DNA of 64,000 nucleotides from Eledone cirrhosa (Eukaryota): positions 3,286,001 to 3,350,000 of the forward strand of contig OZ024745.1 of NCBI GenBank assembly GCA_964016885.1. The letters run 5' to 3'. Positions 1-14,330 of the stretch are shown in pieces. Position 1 is the first letter of the stretch. Each line of letters begins with the position of its first letter. The position numbers and the translations under genes were made by a program. Under the pieces are notes generated by a model. The model worked only from the letters and a program-made list of their open reading frames with translations. It was not told the DNA's origin and ran no database searches.

Positions 1-3000
1 CCTTCTCCCACCTGTCCTTTAGTCCACCATCTCCCACCTGTCCTTTAGTCCACCTTCTCCCACCTGTCCTTTAGTCCACCTTCTCCCACCTGTCCTTTAG
101 TCCACCATCTCCCACCTGTCCTTTAGTCCACCTTCTCCCACCTGTCCTTTAGTCCACCTTCTCCCACCTGTCCTTTAGTCCACCTTCTCCCACCTGTCCT
201 TTAGTCCTCCTTCTCCCACCTGTCCTTTAGTCTACCATCTCCCACCTGTCCTTTAGTCCACCTTCTCCCGCCTGTCCTTTAGTCCACCTTTTCCCACCTG
301 TCCTTTAGTCCACCTTCTCCCACCTGTCCTTTAGTCCACCATCTCCCACCTGTCCTTTAGTCCACCTTCTCCCACCTGTCCTTTAGTCTACCATCTCCCA
401 CCTGTCCTTTAGTCCACCTTCTCCCACCTGTCCTTTAGTCCACCTTCTCCCACCTGTCCTTTAGTCCACCATCTCCCACCTGTCCTTTAGTCCACCATCT
501 CCCACCTGTCCTTTAGTCCACCTTCTCCCACCTGTCCTTTAGTCTACCATCTCCCACCTGTCCTTTAGTCCACCTTCTCCCACCTGTCCTTTAGTCCACC
601 TTCTCCCGCCTGTCCTTTAGTCCACCTTCTCCCACCTGTCCTTTAGTCCACCTTCTCCCACCTGTCCTTTAGTCCACCTTCTCCCACCTGTCCTTTACTC
701 CACCATCTCCCACCTGTCCTTTAGTCCACCTTCTCCCACCTGTCCTTTAGTCCACCATCTCCCACCTGTCCTTTAGTCCACCTTCTCCCACCTGTCCTTT
801 AGTCCACCATCTCCCACCTGTCCTTTAGTCCACCATCTCCCACCTGTCCTTTAGTCCACCATCTCCCACCTGTCCTTTAGTCCACCTTCTCCCACCTGTC
901 CTTTAGTCCACCTTCTCCCACCTGTCCTTTAGTCCACCATCTCCCACCTGTCCTTTAGTCCACCATCTCCCACCTGTCCTTTAGTCCACCATCTCGCACC
1001 TGTCCTTTAGTCCACCTTCTCCCACCTGTCCTTTAGTCCACCTTCTCCCACCTGTCCTTTAGTCCACCATCTCCCACCTGTCCTTTAGTCCACCTTCTCC
1101 CACCTGTCCTTTAGTCCACCTTCTCCCACCTGTCCTTTAGTCCACCATCTCGCACCTGTCCTTTAGTCCACCTTCTCCCACCTGTCCTTTAGTCCACCAT
1201 CTCCCACCTGTCCTTTAGTCCACCATCTCGCACCTGTCCTTTAGTCCACCTTCTCCCACCTGTCCTTTAGTCCACCATCTCCCACCTGTCCTTTAGTCCA
1301 CCATCTCCCACCTGTCCTTTAGTCCACCTTCTCCCACCTGTCCTTTAGTCCACCTTCTCCCACCTGTCCTTTAGTCCACCATCTCCCACCTGTCCTTTAG
1401 TCCACCATCTCCCACCTGTCCTTTAGTCCACCATCTCGCACCTGTCCTTTAGTCCACCATCTCCCACCTGTCCTTTAGTCCACCTTCTCCCACCTGTCCT
1501 TTAGTCAACCTTCTCCCACCTGTCCTTTAGTCCACCATCTCCCACCTGTCCTTTACTCCACCATCTCCCACCTGTCCTTTAGTCTCCCATCTCCCACCTG
1601 TCCTTTAGTCCACCTTCTCCCACCTGTCCTTTAGTCCACCATCTCCCACCTGTCATTTAGTCCACCTTCTCCCACCTGTCCTTTACTCCACCTTCTCCCA
1701 CCTGTCCTTTAGTCCACCTTCTCCCACCTGTCCTTTAGTCCACCTTCTCCCACCTGTCCTTTAGTCTACCATCTCCCACATGTCCTTTACTCCACCTTCT
1801 CCCACCTGTCCTTTAGTCTACCATCTCCCACCTGTCCTTTAGTCCACCTTCTCCCACCTGTCCTTTAGTCCACCTTCTCCCACCTGTCCTTTAGTCCTCC
1901 TTCTCCCACCTGTCCTTTAGTCTACCATCTCCCACCTGTCCTTTAGTCCACCTTCTCCCACCTGTCCTTTAGTCCACCTTCTCCCGCCTGTCCTTTAGTC
2001 CACCTTTTCCCACCTGTCCTTTAGTCCACCTTCTCCCACCTGTCCTTTAGTCCACCATCTCCCACCTGTCCTTTAGTCCACCTTCTGCCACCTGTCCTTT
2101 AGTCCACCTTCTCCCACCTGTCCTTTAGTCTACCATCTCCCACCTGTCCTTTAGTCCACCTTCTCCCACCTGTCCTTTAGTCCACCTTCTCCCACCTGTC
2201 CTTTAGTCCACCATCTCCCACCTGTCCTTTACTCCACCTTCTCCCACCTGTCCTTTAGTCTACCATCTCCCACCTGTCATTTAGTCCACCTTCTCCCACC
2301 TGTCCTTTAGTCCACCTTCTCCCACCTGTCCTTTAGTCCACCTTCTCCCACCTGTCCTTTAGTCTACCATCTCCCACCTGTCCTTTAGTCCACCTTCTCC
2401 CACCTGTCCTTTAGTCCACCTTCTCCCACCTGTCCTTTATTCCACCTTCTCCCACCTGTACTTTAGTCCACCTTCTCCCACCTGTCCTTTAGTCTACCTT
2501 CTCCCACCTGTCCTTTAGTCCACCATCTCCCACCTGTCCTTTCTCCAGCTTCTCCCACCTGTCCTTTAGTCTACCATCTCCCACCTGTCCTTTAGTCCAC
2601 CTTCTCCCACCTGTCCTTTAGTCCACCTTCTCCCACCTGTACTTTAGTCCACCTTCTCCCACCTCTCCTTTAGTCTACCATCTCCCACCTGTCCTTTAGT
2701 CCACCTTCTCCCACCTGTCCTTTAGTCCACCTTCTCCCACCTGTTCTTTAGTCCACCTTCTCCCACCTGTCCTTTACTCCACCTTCTCCCACCTGTCCTT
2801 TAGTCTACCATCTCCCACCTGTCCTTTAGTCCACCTTCTCCCACCTGTCCTTTAGTCCACCTTCTCCAACCTGTCCTTTAGTCCACCTTCTCCCATCTGT
2901 CCTTTAGTCTACCATCTCCCACCTGTCCTTTAGTCCACCTTCTCCCACCTGTCCTTTAGTCCACCTTCTCCCACCTGTCCTTTAGTCTACCATCTCCCAC

Positions 3001-3599
3001 ATGTCCTTTAGTCTACCATCTCCCACCTGTCCTTTACTCCACCTTCTCCCACCTGTCCTTTAGTCTACCATCTCCCACCTGTCCTTTAGTCCACCTCCTC
3101 CCACCTGTCCTTTAGTCCACCTTCTCCCACCTGTCCTTTAGTCCTCCTTCTCCCACCTGTCCTTTAGTCTACCATCTCCCACCTGTCCTTTAGTCCACCT
3201 TCTCCCACCTGTCCTTTAGTCCACCTTCTCCCGCCTGTCCTTTAGTCCACCTTTTCCCACCTGTCCTTTAGTCCATCTTCTCCCACCTGTCCTTTAGTCC
3301 ACCATCTCCCACCTGTCCTTTAGTCCACCTTCTGCCACCTGTCCTTTAATCCACCTTCTCCCACCTGTCCTTTAGTCCACCTTCTCCCACCTGTCCTTTA
3401 GTCTCCCATCTCCCACCTGTCCTTTAGTCCACCTTCTCCCACCTGTCCTTTAGTCCACCTTCTCCCACCTGTCCTTTAGTCCACCATCTCCCACCTGTCC
3501 TTTACTCCACCTTCTCCCACCTGTCCTTTAGTCTACCATCTCCCACCTGTCCTTTAGTTCACCTTCTCCCACCTGTCCTTTAGTCCACCTTCTCCCACC

Positions 3600-6500
3600 T
3601 GTCCTTTAGTCCACCTTCTCCCACCTGTCCTTTAGTCCACCTTCTCCCACCTGTCCTTTAGTCTACCATCTCCTACGTGTCCTTTAGTCCACCTTCTCCC
3701 ACCTGTCCTTTAGTCTACCATCTCCCACCTGTCCTTTAGTCCACCTTCTCCCACCTGTCCTTTAGTCCACCTTCTCCCACCTGTCCTTTAGTCCACCTTC
3801 TCCCACCTGTCCTTTAGTCTACCATCTCCCACCTGTCCTTTAGTCCACCTTCTCCCACCTGTCCTTTAGTCCACCATCTCCCACCTGTCCTTTAGTCCAC
3901 CTTCTCCCACCTGTCCTTTAGTCTACCATCTCCCACCTGTCCTTTAGTCCACCTTCTCCCACCTGTCCTTTAGTCCACCATCTCCCACCTGTCCTTTAGT
4001 ACACCTTCTCCCACCTGTCCTTTAGTCCACCTTCTCCCACCTGTCCTTTAGTCCACCTTCTCCCACCTGTCCTTTAGTCTACCATCTCCCACCTGTCCTT
4101 TAGTCCACCTTCTCCCACCTGTCCTTTAGTCCACCATCTCCCACCTGTCCTTTAGTCCACCTTCTCCCACCTGTCCTTTAGTCTACCATCTCCCACTGTG
4201 TCCTTTAGTCCACCTTCTCCCACCTGTCCTTTAGTCCACCATCTCCCACCTGTCCTTTAGTCCACCTTCTCCCACCTGTCCTTTAGTCCACCTTCTCCCA
4301 CCTGTCCTTTACTCCACCTTCTCCCACCTGTCCTTTAGTCCACCTTCTCCCACCTGTCCTTTAGTCCACCATCTCCCACCTGTCCTTTAGTCCACCTTCT
4401 CCCACCTGTCCTTTAGTCCACCATCTCCCACCTGTCCTTTAGTCCACCTTCTCCCACCTGTCCTTTAGTCCACCATCTCCCACCTGTCCTTTAGTCCACC
4501 TTCTCCCACCTGTCCTTTAGTCTACCATCTCCCACCTGTCCTTTAGTCCACCTTCTCCCACCTGTCCTTTAGTCCACCATCTCCCACCTGTCCTTTAGTC
4601 CACCTTCTCCCACCTGTCCTTTAGTCCACCTTCTCCCACCTGTCCTTTAGTCCACCATCTCCCACCTGTCCTTTACTCCACCTTCTCCCACCTGTCCTTT
4701 AGTCTACCATCTCCCACCTGTCCTTTAGTCCACCTTCTCCCACCTGTCCTTTAGTCCACCTTCTCCCACCTGTCCTTTAGTCCACCTTCTCCCACCTGTC
4801 CTTTAGTCTACCATCTCCCACCTGTCCTTTAGTCCACCTTCTCCCACCTGTCCTTTAGTCCACCTTCTCCCACCTGTCCTTTAGTCCACCTTCTCCCACC
4901 TGTCCTTTAGTCCACCTTCTCCCACCTGTCCTTTAGTCTACCATCTCCTACCTGTCCTTTAGTCCACCTTCTCCCACCTGTCCTTCAGTCTACCATCTCC
5001 CACCTGTCCTTTAGTCCACCTTCTCCCACCTGTCCTTTAGTCCACCTTCTCCCACCTGTCCTTTAGTCCACCTTCTCCCACCTGTCCTTTAGTCTACCAT
5101 CTCCCACCTGTCCTTTAGTCCACCATCTCCCACCTGTCCTTTAGTCCACCTTCTCCCACCTGTCCTTTAGTCTACCATCTCCCACCTGTCCTTTAGTCCA
5201 CCTTCTCCCACCTGTCCTTTAGTCCACCATCTCCCACCTGTCCTTTAGTACACCTTCTCCCACCTGTCCTTTAGTCCACCTTCTCCCACCTGTCCTTTAG
5301 TCCACCATCTCCCACCTGTCCTTTACTCCACCTTCTCCCACCTGTCCTTTAGTCTACCATCTCCCACCTGTCCTTTAGTCCACCTTCTCCCACCTGTCCT
5401 TTAGTCCACCTTCTCCCACCTGTCCTTTAGTCTACCATCTCCCACCTGTCCTTTAGTCCACCTTCTCCCACCTGTCCTTTAGTCCACCATCTCCCACCTG
5501 TCCTTTAGTCCACCTTCTCCCACCTGTCCTTTAGTCTACCATCTCCCACTGTGTCCTTTAGTCCACCTTCTCCCACCTGTCCTTTAGTCCACCATCTCCC
5601 ACCTGTCCTTTAGTCCACCTTCTCCCACCTGTCCTTTAGTCCACCTTCTCCCACCTGTCCTTTACTCCACCTTCTCCCACCTGTCCTTTAGTCCACCTTC
5701 TCCCACCTGTCCTTTAGTCCACCATCTCCCACCTGTCCTTTAGTCCACCTTCTCCCACCTGTCCTTTAGTCCACCATCTCCCACCTGTCCTTTAGTCCAC
5801 CTTCTCCCACCTGTCCTTTAGTCCACCATCTCCCACCTGTCCTTTAGTCCACCTTCTCCCACCTGTCCTTTAGTCTACCATCTCCCACCTGTCCTTTAGT
5901 CCACCTTCTCCCACCTGTCCTTTAGTCCACCATCTCCCACCTGTCCTTTAGTCCACCTTCTCCCACCTGTCCTTTAGTCCACCTTCTCCCACCTGTCCTT
6001 TAGTCCACCTTCTCCCACCTGTCCTTTAGTCTACCATCTCCTACCTGTCCTTTACTCCACCTTCTCCCACCTGTCCTTCAGTCTACCATCTCCCACCTGT
6101 CCTTTAGTCCACCTTCTCCCACCTGTCCTTTAGTCCACCTTCTCCCACCTGTCCTTTAGTCCACCTTCTCCCACCTGTCCTTTAGTCTACCATCTCCCAC
6201 CTGTCCTTTAGTCCACCTTCTCCCACCTGTCCTTTAGTCCACCATCTCCCACCTGTCCTTTAGTCCACCTTCTCCCACCTGTCCTTTAGTCTACCATCTC
6301 CCACCTGTCCTTTAGTCCACCTTCTCCCACCTGTCCTTTAGTCCACCATCTCCCACCTGTCCTTTAGTACACCTTCTCCCACCTGTCCTTTAGTCCACCT
6401 TCTCCCACCTGTCCTTTAGTCCACCATCTCCCACCTGTCCTTTACTCCACCTTCTCCCACCTGTCCTTTAGTCTACCATCTCCCACCTGTCCTTTAGTCC

Positions 6501-7100
6501 ACCTTCTCCCACCTGTCCTTTAGTCCACCTTCTCCCACCTGTCCTTTAGTCTACCATCTCCCACCTGTCCTTTAGTCCACCTTCTCCCACCTGTCCTTTA
6601 GTCCACCATCTCCCACCTGTCCTTTAGTCCACCTTCTCCCACCTGTCCTTTAGTCTACCATCTCCCACTGTGTCCTTTAGTCCACCTTCTCCCACCTGTC
6701 CTTTAGTCCACCATCTCCCACCTGTCCTTTAGTCCACCTTCTCCCACCTGTCCTTTAGTCCACCTTCTCCCACCTGTCCTTTACTCCACCTTCTCCCACC
6801 TGTCCTTTAGTCCACCTTCTCCCACCTGTCCTTTAGTCCACCATCTCCCACCTGTCCTTTAGTCCACCTTCTCCCACCTGTCCTTTAGTACACCTTCTCC
6901 CACCTGTCCTTTAGTCCACCTTCTCCCACCTGTCCTTTAGTCCACCATCTCCCACCTGTCCTTTACTCCACCATCTCCCACCTGTCCTTTAGTCCACCTT
7001 CTCCCACCTGTCCTTTAGTCCACCATCTCCCACCTGTCCTTTAGTCCACCTTCTCCCACCTGTCCTTTAGTCTACCATCTCCCACCTGTCCTTTAGTCCA
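3600..7100. repeat. Imperfect ~1.1-1.35 kb higher-order triplication
   Basis: The +1 variant CCCACTGTGTCC occurs at ~4198, 5550 and 6669, AGTACACC at 4001, 5250 and 6369, and CTTCAGT at 4986 and 6079. Offsets are 1119 (43x26+1) and 1093 (42x26+1). Confidence 0.75.
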
Positions 7101-10100
7101 CCTTCTCCCACCTGTCCTTTAGTCCACCATCTCCCACCTGTCCTTTAGTCCACCTTCTCCCACCTGTCCTTTAGTCCACCTTCTCCCACCTGTCCTTTAG
7201 TCCACCTTCTCCCACCTGTCCTTTAGTCCACCTTCTCCCACCTGTCCTTTAGTCCACCTTCTCCCACCTGTCCTTTAGTCCACCATCTCCCACCTGTCCT
7301 TTACTCCACCTTCTCCCACCTGTCCTTTAGTCTACCATCTCCCACCTGTCCTTTAGTCCACCTTCTCCCACCTGTCCTTTAGTCCACCTTCTCCCACCTG
7401 TCCTTTAGTCCACCTTCTCCCACCTGTCCTTTAGTCTACCATCTCCCACCTGTCCTTTAGTCCACCTTCTCCCACCTGTCCTTTAGTCCACCTTCTCCCA
7501 CCTGTCCTTTAGTCCACCTTCTCCCACCTGTCCTTTACTCCACCTTCTCCCACCTGTCCTTTAGTCTACCATCTCCCACCTGTCCTTTAGTCCATCTTCT
7601 CCCACTTGTCCTTTAGTCCACCTTCTCCCACCTGTCCTTTAGTCTACCATCTCCCACCTGTCCTATAGTCCACCTTCTCCCACCTGTCCTTTAGTCCACC
7701 ATCTCCCACCTGTCCTTTAGTCCACCCTCTCCCACCAGTCCTTTAGTCTACCATCTCCCACTGTGTCCTTTAGTCCACATTCTCCCACCTGTCCTTTAGT
7801 CCACCATCTCCCACCTGTCCTTTAGTCCACCTTCTCCCACCTGTCCTTTAGTCCACCATCTCCCACCTGTCCTTTAGTCCACCTTCTCCCACCTGTCCTT
7901 TAGTCCACCTTCTCCCACCTGTCCTTTAGTTCACCATCTACCACCTGTCCTTTAGTCCACCTTCTCCCACCTGTCCTTTAGTCCACCATCTCCCACCTGT
8001 CCTTTAGTCCACCTTCTCCCACCTGTTCTTTAGTCTACCATCTCCCACCTGTCCTTTAGTCCACCATCTCCCACCTGTCCTTTAGTCCACCTTCTCCCAC
8101 CTGTCCTTTAGTCCACCTTCTCCCACCTGTCCTTTAGTCCACCATCTCCCACCTGTCCTTTAGTCCACCTTCTCCCACCTGTCCTTTAGTCCACCTTCTC
8201 CCACCTGTCCTTTAGTTCACCATCTACCACCTGTCCTTTAGTCCACCTTCTCCCACCTGTCCTTTAGTCCACCATCTCCCACCTGTCCTTTAGTCCACCT
8301 TCTCCCACCTGTCCTTTAGTCCACCTTCTCCCACCTGTCCTTTAGTCCACCATCTCCCACCTGTCCTTTAGTCCACCTTCTCCCACCTGTCCTTTAGTCC
8401 ACCTTCTCCCACCTGTCCTTTAGTTCACCATCTACCACCTGTCCTTTAGTCCACCTTCTCCCACCTGTCCTTTAGTCCACCATCTCCCACCTGTCCTTTA
8501 GTACACCTTCTCCCACCTGTCCTTTAGTCCACCTTCTCCCACCTGTCCTTTAGTCCACCTTCTCCCACCTGTCCTTTAGTCCACCTTCTCCCACCTGTCC
8601 TTTAGTCCACCTTCTCCCACCTGTCCTTTAGTCCACCATCTCCCACCTGTCCTTTACTCCACCTTCTCCCACCTGTCCTTTAGTCTACCATCTCCCACCT
8701 GTCCTTTAGTCCACCTTCTCCCACCTGTCCTTTAGTCCACCTTCTCCCACCTGTCCTTTAGTCCACCTTCTCCCACCTGTCCTTTAGACTACCATCTCCC
8801 ACCTGTCCTTTAGTCCACCTTCTCCCACCTGTCCTTTAGTCCACCTTCTCCCACCTGTCCTTTAGTCCACCTTCTCCCACCTGTCCTTTACTCCACCTTC
8901 TCCCACCTGTCCTTTAGTCTACCATCTCCCACCTGTCCTTTAGTCCACCTTCTCCCACCTGTCCTTTAGTCTACCATCTCCCACCTATCCTTTAGTCCAC
9001 CTTCTCCCACCTGTCCTTTAGTCCACCTTCTCACACCTGTCCTTTAGTCTACCATCTCCCACCTGTCCTTTACTCCACCTTCTGCCACCTGTCCTTTAGT
9101 CTACCATCTCCCACCTGTCCTTTAGTCCACCTTCTCCCACCTGTCCTTTAGTCCACCTTCTCCCACCTGTCCTTTAGTCCACCTTCTCCCACCTGTCCTT
9201 TAGTCCACCTTCTCCCACCTGTCCTTTAGTCCACCTTCTCCCACCTGTCCTTTAGTCCACCTTCTCCCACCTGTCCTTTAGTCCACCTTCTCCCACCTGT
9301 CCTTTACTCCACCTTCTCCCACCTGTCCTTTAGTCTACCATCTCCCACCTGTCCTTTAGTCCACCTTCTCCCACCTGTCCTTTAGTCCACCTTCTCCCAC
9401 CTGTCCTTTACTCCACCTTCTCCCACCTGTCCTTTAGTCTACCATCTCCCACCTGTCCTATACTCCACCTTCTCCAACCTGTCCTTTAGTCCACCTTCTC
9501 CCACCTGTCCTTTAGTCCACCATCTCCCACCTGTCCTTTCTCCACCTTCTCCCACCTGTCCTTTAGTCTACCATCTCCCACCTGTCCTTTAGTCCACCTT
9601 CTCCCACCTGTCCTTTAGTCCACCTTCTCCCACCTGTCCTTTAGTCCACCTTCTCCCACCTGTCCTTTAGTCTACCATTTCCCACCTGTCCTTTAGTCCA
9701 CCTTCTCCCACCTGTCCTTTAGTCCACCATCTCCCACCTGTCCTTTACTCCACCTTCTCCCACCTGTCCTTTAGTCCACCTTCTCCCACCTGTCCTTTAG
9801 TCCACCTTCTCCCACCTGTCCTTTAGTCCACCTCCTCCCACCTGTCCTTTAGTCCACCATCTCCCACCTGTCCTTTAGTCCACCTTCTCCCACCTGTCCT
9901 TTAGTCCACCATCTCCCACCTGTCCTTTAGTCCACCTTCTCCCACCTGTCCTTTAGTCCACCATCTCCCACCTGTCCTTTAGTCCACCTTCTGCCACCTG
10001 TCCTTTAGTCTACCATCTCCCACCTGTCCTTTAGTCCACCTTCTCCCACCTGTCCTTTAGTCCACCATCTCCCACCTGTCCTTTAGTCCACCTTCTCCCA

Positions 10101-11719
10101 CCTGTCCTTTAGTCCACCTTCTCCCACCTGTCCTTTAGTCCCCCTTCTCCCACCTGTCCTTTAGTCCACCTTCTCCCACCTGTCCTTTAGTCCACCATCT
10201 CCCACCTGTCCTTTCATCTACCATCTCCCACCTGTCCTTTACTCCACCTTCTCCCACCTGTCCTTTAGTCTACCATCTCCCACCTGTCCTTTAGTCCACC
10301 TTCTCCCACCTGTCCTTTAGTCCACCTTCTCCTACCTGTCCTTTAGTCCACCTTCTCCCACCTGTCCTTTAGTCTACCATCTCGCACCTATCCTTTAGTC
10401 CACCTTCTCCCACCTGTCCTTTAGTCCACCTTCTCCCACCTGTCCTTTAGTCCACCTTCGCCCACCTGTCCTTTAGTCCACCTTCTCCCACCTGTCCTTT
10501 ACTCCACCTTCTCCCACCTGACCTTTAGTCTACCATCTCCCACCTGTCCTTTAGTCCACCTTCTCCCACCTGTCCTTTAGTCCACCTTCTCCCACCTGTC
10601 CTTTAGTCTACCATCTCCCACCTGTCCTTTAGTCCACCTTCTCCCACCTGTCCTTTAGTCCACCTTCTCCCACCTGTCCTTTAGTCCACCTTCTCCCACC
10701 TGTCCTTTAGTCCACCTTCTCCCACCTGTCCTTTAGTCTACCATCTCCCACCTGTCCTTTAGTCCACCTTCTCCCACCTGTCCTTTAGTCCACCTTCTCC
10801 CACCTGTCCTTTACTCCACCTTCTCCCACCTGTCCTTTAGTCTACCATCTCCCACCTGTCCTTTAGTCCACCTTCTCCCACCTGTCCTTTAGTCCACCTT
10901 CTCCCACCTGTCCTTTAGTCCACCATCTCCCACCTGTCCTTTAGTCCACCTTCTCCCACCTGTCCTTTACTCCACCTTCTCCCACCTGTCCTTTAGTCTA
11001 CCATCTCCCACCTGTCCTTTAGTCCACCTTCTGCCACCTGTCCTTTAGTCCACCTTCTCCCACCTGTCCTTTAGTCCACCATCTCCCACCTGTCCTTTCT
11101 CCACCTTCCCCACCTGTCCTTTAGTCTACCATCTCCCACCTGTCCTTTAGTCCACCTTCTCCCACCTGTCCTTTAGTCCACCTTCTCCCACCTGTCCTTT
11201 AGTCCACCTTCTCCCACCTGTCCTTTAGTCTACCATCTCCCACCTGTTCTTTAGTCCACCTTCTCCCACCTGTCCTTTAGTCTACCATCTCCCACATGTC
11301 CTTTAGTCCACCATCTCCCACCTGTCCTTTAGTCCACCATCTCCCACATGTCCTTTAGTCCACCATCTCCCACCTGTCCTTTAGTCCACCATCTCGCACT
11401 GTCCTTTAGTCCACCATCTCGCACCTGTCCTTTAGTCCACCTTCTCCCACCTGTCCTTTAGTCCACCTTCTCCCACCTGTCCTTTAGTCCACCATCTCCC
11501 ACCTGTCCTTTCTCCAGCTTCTCCCACCTGTCCTTTAGTCTACCATCTCCCACCTGTCCTTTAGTCCACCTTCTCCCACCTGTCCTTTAGTCCACCTTCT
11601 CCCACCTGTCCTTTAGTCCACCTTCTCCCACCTGTCCTTTAGTCCACCTTCTCCCACCTGTCCTTTAGTCTACCATCTCCCACCTGTCCTTTAGTCCACC
11701 TTGTCCCACCTGTCCTTTA

Positions 11720-12450
11720 GTCCACCTTCTCCCACCTGTTCTTTAGTTCACCTTCTCCCACCTGTCCTTTACTCCACCTTCTCCCACCTGTCCTTTAGTC
11801 TACCATCTCCCACCTGTCCTTTAGTCCACCTTCTCCCACCTGTTCTTTAGTTCACCTTCTCCCACCTGTCCTTTACTCCACCTTCTCCCACCTGTCCTTT
11901 AGTCTACCATCTCCCACCTGTCCTTTAGTCCACCTTCTCCCACCTGTTCTTTAGTTCACCTTCTCCCACCTGTCCTTTACTCCACCTTCTCCCACCTGTC
12001 CTTTAGTCTACCATCTCCCACCTGTCCTTTAGTCCACCTTCTCCCACCTGTTCTTTAGTTCACCTTCTCCCACCTGTCCTTTACTCCACCTTCTCCCACC
12101 TGTCCTTTAGTCTACCATCTCCCACCTGTCCTTTAGTCCACCTTCTCCCACCTGTTCTTTAGTTCACCTTCTCCCACCTGTCCTTTACTCCACCTTCTCC
12201 CACCTGTTCTTTAGTTCACCTTCTCCCACCTGTCCTTTACTCCACCTTCTCCCACCTGTCCTTTAGTCTACCATCTCCCACCTGTCCTTTAGTCCACCTT
12301 CTCCCACCTGTTCTTTAGTTCACCTTCTCCCACCTGTCCTTTACTCCACCTTCTCCCACCTGTCCTTTAGTCTACCATCTCCCACCTGTCCTTTAGTCCA
12401 CCTTCTCCCACCTGTTCTTTAGTTCACCTTCTCCCACCTGTCCTTTAGTC
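11720..12450. repeat. Local 4-monomer (104-bp) higher-order repeat
   Basis: The double variant GTTCTTTAGTTCACC occurs at 11740, 11844, 11948, 12052, 12156, (12208), 12312 and 12416. Spacing is 104 bp with one 52-bp step. Confidence 0.9.
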
Positions 12451-13449
12451 CACCTTCTCCCACCTGTCCTTTAGTCCACCTTCTCCAACCTGTCCTTTAG
12501 TCCACCTTCTCCCATCTGTCCTTTAGTCCACCTTCTCCAACCTGTCCTTTAGTCCACCTTCTCCCACCTGTTCTTTAGTTCACCTTCTCCCACCTGTCCT
12601 TTAGTCCACCATCTCCCACCTGTCCTTTAGTCCACCTTCTCCCATCTGTCCTTTAGTCTACCATCTCCCACCTGTCCTTTAGTCCACCTTCTCCCACCTG
12701 TTCTTTAGTTCACCTTCTCCCACCTGTCCTTTAGTCCACCATCTCCCACCTGTCCTTTAGTCCACCTTCTCCCACCTGTCCTTTAGTCCACCTTCTCCAA
12801 CCTGTCCTTTAGTCCACCTTCTCCCACCTGTCCTTTAGTCCACCTTCTCCCACCTGTCCTTTAGTCCACCATCTCCCACCTGTCCTATAGTCCACCTTCT
12901 CCCACCTGTCCTTTAGTCCACCTTCTCCAACCTGTCCTTTAGTCCACCTTCTCCCACCTGTCCTTTAGTCCACCTTCTCCCATCTGTCCTTTAGTCCACC
13001 TTCTCCCACCTGTCCTTTAGTCCACCTTCTCCCATCTGTCCTTTAGTCCACCTTCTCCCACCTGTCCTTTAGTCTACCATCTCCCACCTGTCCTTTAGTC
13101 CACCTTCTCCCACCTGTCCTTTAGTCTACCATCTCCCACCTGTCCTTTAGTCCACCTTCTCCCACCTGTTCTTTAGTTCACCTTCTCCCACCTGTCCTTT
13201 AGTCTACCATCTCCCACCTGTCCTTTAGTCTACCATCTCCCACCTGTCCTTTAGTCCACCTTCTCCCATCTGTCCTTTAGTCCACCTTCTCCCACCTGTC
13301 CTTTAGTCCACCTTCTCCCATCTGTCCTTTAGTCCACCTTCTCCCACCTGTCCTTTAGTCTACCATCTCCCACCTGTCCTTTAGTCCACCTTCTCCCACC
13401 TGTCCTTTAGTCTACCATCTCCCACCTGTCCTTTAGTCCACCTTCTCCC

Positions 13450-14330
13450 ACCTGTCCTTTAGTCCACCTTCTCCCATCTGTCCTTTAGTCCACCTTCTCC
13501 CACCTGTCCTTTAGTCCACCTTCTCCCACCTGTCCTTTAGTCCACCTTCTCCCATCTGTCCTTTAGTCCACCTTCTCCCACCTGTCCTTTAGTCCACCTT
13601 CTCCTACCTGTCCTTTAGTCCACCTTCTCCCACCTGTCCTTTAGTCTACCATCTCCCACCTGTCCTTTAGTCCACCTTCTCCCACCTGTCCTTTAGTCCA
13701 CCTTCTCCCACCTGTCCTTTAGTCTACCATCTCCCACCTGTCCTTTAGTCCACCTTCTCCCACCTGTCCTTTAGTCTACCATCTCCCACCTGTCCTTTAG
13801 TCCACCTTCTCCCACCTGTTCTTTAGTTCACCTTCTCCCACCTGTCCTTTAGTCCACCTTCTCCCATCTGTCCTTTAGTCCACCTTCTCCCACCTGTCCT
13901 TTAGTCCACCTTCTCCCACCTGTCCTTTAGTCCACCTTCTCCCATCTGTCCTTTAGTCCACCTTCTCCCACCTGTCCTTTAGTCCACCTTCTCCTACCTG
14001 TCCTTTAGTCCACCTTCTCCCACCTGTCCTTTAGTCTACCATCTCCCACCTGTCCTTTAGTCCACCTTCTCCCACCTGTCCTTTAGTCCACCTTCTCCCA
14101 CCTGTCCTTTAGTCTACCATCTCCCACCTGTCCTTTAGTCCACCTTCTCCCACCTGTCCTTTAGTCTACCATCTCCCACCTGTCCTTTAGTCCACCTTCT
14201 CCCACCTGTTCTTTAGTTCACCTTCTCCCACCTGTCCTTTAGTCCACCTTCTCCCATCTGTCCTTTAGTCCACCTTCTCCCACCTGTCCTTTAGTCCACC
14301 TTCTCCCACCTGTCCTTTAGTCCACCTTCT
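13450..14330. repeat. 390-bp (15-monomer) tandem duplication
   Basis: CTCCTACC at 13605/13995 and GTTCTTTAGTTC at 13820/14210 are both offset by 390. Confidence 0.8.
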
